Assembly (NCBI GenBank): GCA_003221455.1
Contig: QHRX01000027.1
Location: 1-63,932, forward strand
From: Candidatus Rokuibacteriota bacterium
GTDB taxonomy: Bacteria; Methylomirabilota; Methylomirabilia; Rokubacteriales; CSP1-6
Length of the DNA: 63,932 bases
Direction: 5' to 3'
Shown here: one piece after another, positions 58,264 to 63,932 of the stretch
Layout of the letters: each line of letters opens with the position of its first letter
Numbering within the stretch: the stretch's first letter is position 1
Translations under genes and position numbers: made by a program
The notes under the pieces: model-generated
Told to the model about the DNA's origin: nothing
Database searches by the model: none
What the model saw: the letters and a program-made list of their open reading frames with translations, nothing else

Positions 58264-58758
58264 ATGGACGAGAACCGGGCGGACGAAACGGCACGGGGAA
58301 CCGGGACGCAGACGGGAGAGGCTCGCGCGGGGTGTGATGTCGTCGAGGTCTCCGCGTCACTCACGGCGTTCGGGACGTCGCCCACGCGCGCCAGGGCCGT
58401 CGTCGTCATTCAGGGTACCGGCCGCCGGGCCGCCCGCGCCCTGGCCGCCCTTGGCGCCTGCTGGGCGCTGGCGCTGGTATCGGTGTTCGTTCCGGTCGCT
58501 CACTTCGTGCTGGTCCCAGCCTTCACCGTCGCCGGGGTGGTCGTCGCGGGTCTCCGTCTCCGCGAGGACCGGAGGCTCGTCGGGGTGAGCGGGACGTGTC
58601 CGCGCTGCGGCACCGAGCAGGAGTTCGAGGCCGGAGGTCGGTTCGAGGATTCCCGGACGCTCGACTGTCCGCGCTGCCATCAGCTTCTTCGGCTGATCGC
58701 GGAGCCTCCGTCCGAGCACCTACCCGGGCCGCCGCGGCCTGACCGGGGGCGGGCGTGA
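58264..58758 (+). CDS. Hypothetical membrane protein with C-terminal zinc ribbon
   Basis: Two TM helices (PVAHF.LVP) then CPRC...CPRC. Confidence 0.7.
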   Translation: MDENRADETARGTGTQTGEARAGCDVVEVSASLTAFGTSPTRARAVVVIQGTGRRAARALAALGACWALALVSVFVPVAHFVLVPAFTVAGVVVAGLRLREDRRLVGVSGTCPRCGTEQEFEAGGRFEDSRTLDCPRCHQLLRLIAEPPSEHLPGPPRPDRGRA

Positions 58759-58964
58759 TGGGCCCGCGGGAGTCGGCTGCGCCCCGCGCCCGGAGCGCTT
58801 GAAGAGCGGTCGCCTGGCGGGCGGTTTCGCACCGGGGCGACGGGTTCGATGTCCGCCTCGAGGACGACACGCGCATCCGGCGACGGATCGGCAGCGCCCG
58901 CTAGCCCGCGACCTGCCGGGTCGGGATGAGCCCGACGCGTGTGTGCGCCATCCTACCCTCCCCG

Positions 58965-59468
58965 TCACGCGTTCAGCGACTTCTCGGCCTGCCGGACGCG
59001 ACGCGAGAGCGTCGCCAGGAGCGCCCGGGTCAGCTCCGGCACCTCGGCGAGCACGTAGTGGAAGTTCCGGCTGTTGATCACGAGCAGGCGGAGCGGCGTC
59101 TCGGCGACGACGGTTGCCGAGCGCGGCTGGCCGTCGAGGAGGCTCATCTCGCCGAAGAAGTCACCCGGCCCCAGGCGCACGCGCTTTCTGGGCGACACCT
59201 CCGCCCGCGCGGTGCCGTCCAAGATCAGAAAGAACTCGCGGCCGATGTCCCCGGTGCGGGTGAGGACGGCGCCGGCAGGCGCGCTGAACACGCCGGCGAT
59301 GCGCGCGACCGCCCGCAGCTGCCGCCGCGAGCACCCCTCGAAGATCGGCACCTCCAGGAGCCGCTCGATCTTCTCGCCCTGCCCCACCGCCGGCCCCGCC
59401 GACGGGCGCAGAACGGCTTGGACGTCGTAGGGGAGCGAGCCGTCGAGCATCCGGCCTATCAGTTCCAT
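58965..59468 (-). CDS. Stand-alone cyclic nucleotide-binding domain protein
   Basis: VPIF..C, G..G.EFF.I.DG, GPGDFFGEMSLLDG.PRSATV.A. Confidence 0.88.
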   Translation of the reverse strand: MELIGRMLDGSLPYDVQAVLRPSAGPAVGQGEKIERLLEVPIFEGCSRRQLRAVARIAGVFSAPAGAVLTRTGDIGREFFLILDGTARAEVSPRKRVRLGPGDFFGEMSLLDGQPRSATVVAETPLRLLVINSRNFHYVLAEVPELTRALLATLSRRVRQAEKSLNA

Positions 59469-59596
59469 CGTCCGCTCGCTTTCTCGTGTCGGGCCCGCAG
59501 ACCCTCGGGACGGCCCTGCCGGGCAGTCAGACCTTAGCGCCGACGGACGGGGTGGGTCAAGGCGGAGCCGGCCCGCCATATCGCCGGCGCGCGCCC

Positions 59597-59625
59597 TTGA
59601 CAAGCGGGAGAGGCTGACCCAGAGT
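59597..59625 (+). promoter_or_regulatory. sigma70 promoter
   Basis: TTGACA-N17-CAGAGT. Confidence 0.5.
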
Positions 59626-59695
59626 CGGTGCACGTCGACGGGAGCGGGGCCCCCGCCGGCCTGCTCCCACTCACGGGTCGCGGAAGAGAGCGCGC

Positions 59696-60979
59696 ATGCG
59701 ACTTCAGAGCCGCCGGGAGTTTGTCAAGGGCGCCGCCGCAGTGGGAGTTGCCGCGGCCGCGCCGTGCATCACCACGCGGCCGGGCTGGGCCCAGACGGGG
59801 CCGATCAAGATCGGGATCCTCGAGCCCCAGAGCGGGCCCGTGAAGTGGGTTGGCGACACCTACATCGCCGGCGTCCGCTTCGGGGTCGAGCGAGTCAACC
59901 GGAGCGGCGGCGTCCTTGGCCGGAAGCTCGAGATCATCGTCGCGGACAGCGAGCTCAAACCGGACGTGGCGACGCGGCGGGCTAACGATCTCCTCCTCGC
60001 CGAAAAGGTCGACCTGCTCGCAATGGGCACCGGCTCGAACATCGCCAAGGCGGTGTCCCAGCTTGCGAGCCAGCACAAGAGGCTCTTCGTGTCCTACGGC
60101 ACCGAGGCCGCCGAACTGACCGGGGCGGAGTTCTTCCCGACGACCTTCCGCTGCTGCCTCAATACCGACATGCACTCGGCCGAGCTCGCCGTGTACTTCG
60201 CCCGGCTGGCGCGGGAACGGTACACGAAGTTCTACCTGCTGAATCAGGACTATAACTTTGGCCACGCCGCCGCCGAGGGCTTCAAGAAGAAGTTCAGCCG
60301 CATCAAGGCGCCGGACCAGCAGATCGTGGGCGAGGAGTACCACCCACTCCAGAAGGTGCAGGATTTCGGCCCCTATGTCACGAAGATCATGGCATCGGGG
60401 GCGGAGGTCGTGATCACGGGTGACTGGGGCCAGGATCTCAGGCTTCTCCTGCAGCAGGGTGCGGACCTCGGCTGGAGGGTCAAGCTCGGGAACTACTTCC
60501 TGAACGATCCCACGAACCTCCAGGCGGTCGGCAAGGCGGCGGTCGGGCATGTGACGGCTGACGCCTACTTGATGACCATCGAGACCCCCGAGAACCGGGA
60601 GTTCCTTCGGGCGTGGCGCGCCTTCTACCCGGACGCGCCGCTCAGCTACCGCTACCCGGACCTCAGCATCGGCCGCGCCGCCTACGCGATTCCCTGGATC
60701 GCCGACATCATCACGAAGGCGGGGAGCCTCGACACGGAGGCGCTGATCCGTGCGTGGGAGGGGGCGAGGTTCAGGACCGCCTGGGGCCAGGTGGAAATGC
60801 GCCCGTGCGACCACCAGATGCTGACGGGGGGCAACGTGGCGGAGGTCATGGAGCCCGAGCGGATCCCGGCGGCGATCCGCTACTGGCCTGACTTCCCTTA
60901 CATCGGCCCGCCCACGGCGATCCCGCGCGAGGAGATGACGGTCCCGCCCCGGGAGACCGGCAATCCCCGCTGCGCCTGA
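59696..60979 (+). CDS. Branched-chain amino acid (LivK-type) solute-binding protein, Tat signal
   Basis: SRREFVKG, PIKIG.L.P.SG, GGVLGRKLE, DY.FG, RPCDHQ. Confidence 0.88.
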   Translation: MRLQSRREFVKGAAAVGVAAAAPCITTRPGWAQTGPIKIGILEPQSGPVKWVGDTYIAGVRFGVERVNRSGGVLGRKLEIIVADSELKPDVATRRANDLLLAEKVDLLAMGTGSNIAKAVSQLASQHKRLFVSYGTEAAELTGAEFFPTTFRCCLNTDMHSAELAVYFARLARERYTKFYLLNQDYNFGHAAAEGFKKKFSRIKAPDQQIVGEEYHPLQKVQDFGPYVTKIMASGAEVVITGDWGQDLRLLLQQGADLGWRVKLGNYFLNDPTNLQAVGKAAVGHVTADAYLMTIETPENREFLRAWRAFYPDAPLSYRYPDLSIGRAAYAIPWIADIITKAGSLDTEALIRAWEGARFRTAWGQVEMRPCDHQMLTGGNVAEVMEPERIPAAIRYWPDFPYIGPPTAIPREEMTVPPRETGNPRCA

Positions 60980-61121
60980 TGCCGGCAAACGAGGTCCGGC
61001 GGCCGCGGGTTCCGCGCGCGCGTTGGAGGGATTTGGGGGGGACGCTCGGCGCGGGAATGATCGCGTGGCGCGTCGCGCGAGGGCGGCGACCGACTCGCGG
61101 AACGACGAGGAGGACGTGGCA

Positions 61122-61745
61122 ATGATGGCGTTGATGAACCGTCGCGCGGCACTCCGTCTCGGCTTGCTCGCGACGGCGTCGGTCGTGACCCGTCCCGGGC
61201 TTGCCCGGTCGGCCGCCGAGTGCCGGCCGACCGAGCCCGACACCCAAGGGCCCTTCTACCTGCCAGGCGCGCCGGCCCGGATCGCGCTCGCCGTGCCGGA
61301 TGAACCGGGCGACCGGCTGGTCGTCCGCGGACGGGTTCTCCACCCCGACTGCCGGACGCCGCTGGCCGGCACGCTCCTGGACGTCTGGCAGGCGGACGCG
61401 AGCGGCAGCTACCACGGCGCGACGGAGCAATACCGGCTGCGGGGCCGCCTCCGGACGGACTCGACGGGGAGCTGGGAGCTGACGACGATTCGACCCGGAA
61501 ACTACCGGCTCGGCGCCGGCATGCGACCGGCGCACCTCCACTTCCTCGTGAGCCACCCGGCGCACCCGCCGCTGGTGACCCAGCTCTACTTCCGGGGCGA
61601 TCCGTATCTCGGCCCACACGACGCCTGCGGTGAGGCGTGCAAGTCCGGCGACCCGCACCGCGTCATCGGGCTCGGCCGGGAGGAGATCATGGGAAGGGAG
61701 GTCTTCGTCGGGCGGTTCGACGTCGTGCTCGGCGCCGGCGCATGA
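61122..61745 (+). CDS. Intradiol dioxygenase-like protein, Tat signal
   Basis: MNRRAALRLG; GPFY, DVWQAD..G.Y, IRPG.Y, RPAHLHF, TQLYF.GDP. Confidence 0.85.
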   Translation: MMALMNRRAALRLGLLATASVVTRPGLARSAAECRPTEPDTQGPFYLPGAPARIALAVPDEPGDRLVVRGRVLHPDCRTPLAGTLLDVWQADASGSYHGATEQYRLRGRLRTDSTGSWELTTIRPGNYRLGAGMRPAHLHFLVSHPAHPPLVTQLYFRGDPYLGPHDACGEACKSGDPHRVIGLGREEIMGREVFVGRFDVVLGAGA

Positions 61746-62791
61746 GACGGGCCCTCGCTCCGGGCGCCCTGCTGCTCCTTCTCCTCGCCGGCCCGGCAGT
61801 GGCCGCGTCTCACAGTCTACCCGCGACTCGCGAGACCACCCAGTGGGGCTGGCTCGACCCGAGGGAGCCGCCCAAGCTCAGGGTCGACTCCGGGGACACC
61901 GTGGCCGTGGAGACTATGCTGCACTCGCTCGACAAGATTCGGCCCGGGGTCACGATGGACGAGATCGTCGCCCTCCGGAAGGCCAACCCGGGCGGCGGAC
62001 CGCACTCGGTGACGGGCCCGATCTACGTGCGCGGTGCCGCGCCCGGCAACGTCCTGGAGATCCGGATCCTCAAGATCGATCCCAAACCCGACGCCTTCAA
62101 CTTCAACCTGCCGGGCAAGGAGTTCCCCACGATCGGCGTCCTCGCGCGCGAGTTCCCCGAGGGGTTCTCCCGGTTCTTCCGGTTGGACCTCGAGCACCGC
62201 CGTGCGGAGTTCAAACCCGGGATCGTGCTCGACCTGCAACCGTTCCCGGGGATCGTCGCCGTCGGCATCGACCCCAACGACCCGTCGCCGCGCAAGGGTG
62301 GCTCCGCCGACCCGTTGGCGCCGGTGTCGACGCTCCGTCCCTGGAAGAACGGCTCCAACCTCGACGTCAACGAGCTCCGCGAGGGCTCGACGATCTTCGT
62401 CCCGGTCTTCCTCGACGGCGGGCTCGTGTGGGTGGGCGACGCCCACTGCCGCCAAGGCAACGGCGAGGTCAACCTGACCGCGCTCGAGTGCGCGTATCGC
62501 CAAATCGTGTTGCAGCTGATCGTGCGGAAGGACATGACGCTCAAGTGGCCGCGAATCGAGACGTCGAGCCACTGGATCCTGATCGGCGTCGACGAGGACC
62601 TGAACCGCGCGATGGAGAACGCCGTCCGCGAGGCCGTCGACTTCTTGGCGAGCCAAACGCGGGTTCCGCTCTCCCGGGCCGAGGCCTACTCTCTCGCCTC
62701 CATGGTCGCCGACTGCCGGGTCAGCCAGGTCGTGGACATCCGCAAGGGCGTCCACTGCATGATCCCGAAGTCGATCTTCGTCGCCCCCTAG
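61742..62791 (+). CDS. Acetamidase/formamidase family protein with signal peptide
   Basis: GPHSVTGPIYV.GA.PG, PFPG, G.NLD, GDAH..QGNGEV..TALE, AY.L.S..AD..V.Q.VD. Confidence 0.88.
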   Translation: MRRALAPGALLLLLLAGPAVAASHSLPATRETTQWGWLDPREPPKLRVDSGDTVAVETMLHSLDKIRPGVTMDEIVALRKANPGGGPHSVTGPIYVRGAAPGNVLEIRILKIDPKPDAFNFNLPGKEFPTIGVLAREFPEGFSRFFRLDLEHRRAEFKPGIVLDLQPFPGIVAVGIDPNDPSPRKGGSADPLAPVSTLRPWKNGSNLDVNELREGSTIFVPVFLDGGLVWVGDAHCRQGNGEVNLTALECAYRQIVLQLIVRKDMTLKWPRIETSSHWILIGVDEDLNRAMENAVREAVDFLASQTRVPLSRAEAYSLASMVADCRVSQVVDIRKGVHCMIPKSIFVAP

Positions 62792-62805
62792 CCCGACACG
62801 TCCGC

Positions 62806-63210
62806 GTGGCGCCCGTCGAGTGGCTCCGACGCTGGACGATCGCGGCCTCGCTCGCGAGCCTGCCGTTCATCCTGGCGCACGCGGTCGAGGACTTTGGCGA
62901 GGGGATCGCCCAGCGGGTCGGCCTCTCGACGGGCGTCGGGGCGTTCCTCCTCGGCGGCTACCTCGCCGGCCAGTGCCTCGGGCTGGTCCTCGTCGGCCGC
63001 GGGCGGCCCGCGGGCTTCCGCCTCACCGTCTGGATCGGTCTGATCTGGCTCGCGGGCGCGCTCTTCGAGCACGGCCGTGTACTCCTGGCGGGTCACTTCC
63101 GGACGGGCGCGGCGTCGGTGCTCTGGATCGGGGGGCTGCTTCTGACGCAGGGGGCCTGCGTGGTGCTGGCGTGGGCGGGCGCGCGCGGCGCGCGACCTAG
63201 GCGAGGGTGA
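62806..63210 (+). CDS. Hypothetical 4-TM membrane protein
   Basis: LPFILAHAVEDF...FEHG; hydrophobic helices; GTG start assumed. Confidence 0.65.
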   Translation: MAPVEWLRRWTIAASLASLPFILAHAVEDFGEGIAQRVGLSTGVGAFLLGGYLAGQCLGLVLVGRGRPAGFRLTVWIGLIWLAGALFEHGRVLLAGHFRTGAASVLWIGGLLLTQGACVVLAWAGARGARPRRG

Positions 63211-63932
63211 CGCGCAGGATCTCTTCGACGGTGGTGAGGCCCTGGATGACCTTGAGGAGACCGCTCTGACGGAGGGTCCTCATGCCCTGGCTTTCGGCGA
63301 CGTCGCGGATCTCCGAGATGGAGGCGTTGCGGAGGATGAGGTCGCGGATCTCGGGGGAGACGGGCATGACCTCGTAGATGGCGACGCGCCCGCGCATGCC
63401 GGTGAAGTGGCAGACGGGGCAGCCCTTGCCGCGGTAGAAGGTGCAGGAGCCGAGGCCCTGGGGGAGGTGGCCGTAGGGGACGAGGCTGTCCTCGTCGGCC
63501 TTGTAGGGTTCGCGGCAGTCCTTGCAGACGCGGCGGGCGAGGCGCTGGGCGACGATGAGGAGGAGGGAGGAGGAGACGAGGAAGGAGGGGATGCCCATGT
63601 CGAGGAGGCGGGCGATGGTGGAGGGGCAGTCGTTGGTGTGGAGGGTGGTGAGGACGAGGTGACCGGTGAGGGCGGCGCGGATGCCGATCTGGGCGGTCTC
63701 GAGGTCGCGGGTTTCGCCGACGAGGATGACGTCGGGGTCCTGGCGGAGGAAGGACCGGAGGGCGGCGGCGAAGGTCCGGCCGATTTCGTCGTTGATCTGG
63801 ACCTGGTTGACGCCCTTGAGGTTGTATTCGACGGGGTCCTCGGCGGTCATGATGTTGACGTCGGGGGAGTTGACGGTATGGACGGCGGAGTAGAGGGTGG
63901 TGGTCTTGCCCGAGCCGGTGGGGCCGGTGATG
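63197..63932 (-). CDS. pilB: Type IV pilus/T2SS assembly ATPase (PilB/GspE), 5' part outside window
   Basis: TGPTGSGKTTTLY, EDPVEY, LRQDPDVILVGE, LTGHLVLTTLHTND, CxxC..CxxC, GRVAIYE. Confidence 0.93.
   Translation of the reverse strand, partial: ITGPTGSGKTTTLYSAVHTVNSPDVNIMTAEDPVEYNLKGVNQVQINDEIGRTFAAALRSFLRQDPDVILVGETRDLETAQIGIRAALTGHLVLTTLHTNDCPSTIARLLDMGIPSFLVSSSLLLIVAQRLARRVCKDCREPYKADEDSLVPYGHLPQGLGSCTFYRGKGCPVCHFTGMRGRVAIYEVMPVSPEIRDLILRNASISEIRDVAESQGMRTLRQSGLLKVIQGLTTVEEILRVTLA

Noticed and set aside
58800-58865. GGGTTCGATGTCC resembling a tRNA T-loop
   Set aside because: The T stem is imperfect, and no acceptor stem, D arm or anticodon arm can be built
1-63932. Many long overlapping ORFs in the track (e.g. 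1500-3584 -, 50287-53091 -, 53294-55732 -, 32959-34851 +)
   Set aside because: They are antisense or alternate-frame shadows of clear genes in very GC-rich DNA; Arg/Pro/Ala-rich with no motifs
1-63932. CRISPR array, rRNA, tRNA, IS/transposase, integrase, reverse transcriptase
   Set aside because: No repeat-spacer periodicity, no RNA-gene signatures and no DDE, tyrosine/serine recombinase or YADD motifs found by eye

Overview
A roughly 70% GC bacterial chromosome segment. The gene complement suggests a soil Rokubacteria/Methylomirabilota-like or similar lineage; this is inference only. I found no rRNA, tRNA, CRISPR array, transposase or integrase. Left to right it holds: partial mdtA divergent from a CpxR/CpxA-like two-component system and an exported Vgb-like propeller; an amidohydrolase; two Tat-exported IorAB-type molybdoenzyme pairs flanking an orphan murC paralog; atoE; an RluA enzyme; an unannotated 53-aa half-SWIB protein; a sugar-ABC/nitroreductase/DinB/MFS run; a lower-GC SDR-TetR-SDR' islet; a secreted 7-blade WD40 gene whose degenerate duplicate brackets an acyl-CoA ligase; an ATP-dependent DNA ligase; a ThuA protein; sigma54-type promoters; a decayed arsR before an intact arsM; transketolase; an exported truncated globin; cysM; an ECF sigma/anti-sigma pair; VIT1; a dpp-type ABC set without ATPases; an exported SBP/dioxygenase/amidase cluster; and the 3' part of pilB with extreme C-ending codon bias. 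The most notable signals are the half-SWIB microprotein, the WD40/VOC duplication with an exact four-repeat deletion, several genes collapsed by internal deletion, the Cys-to-Tyr arsR, and the pilB codon anomaly. All family calls come from motif recognition by eye, not database searches.
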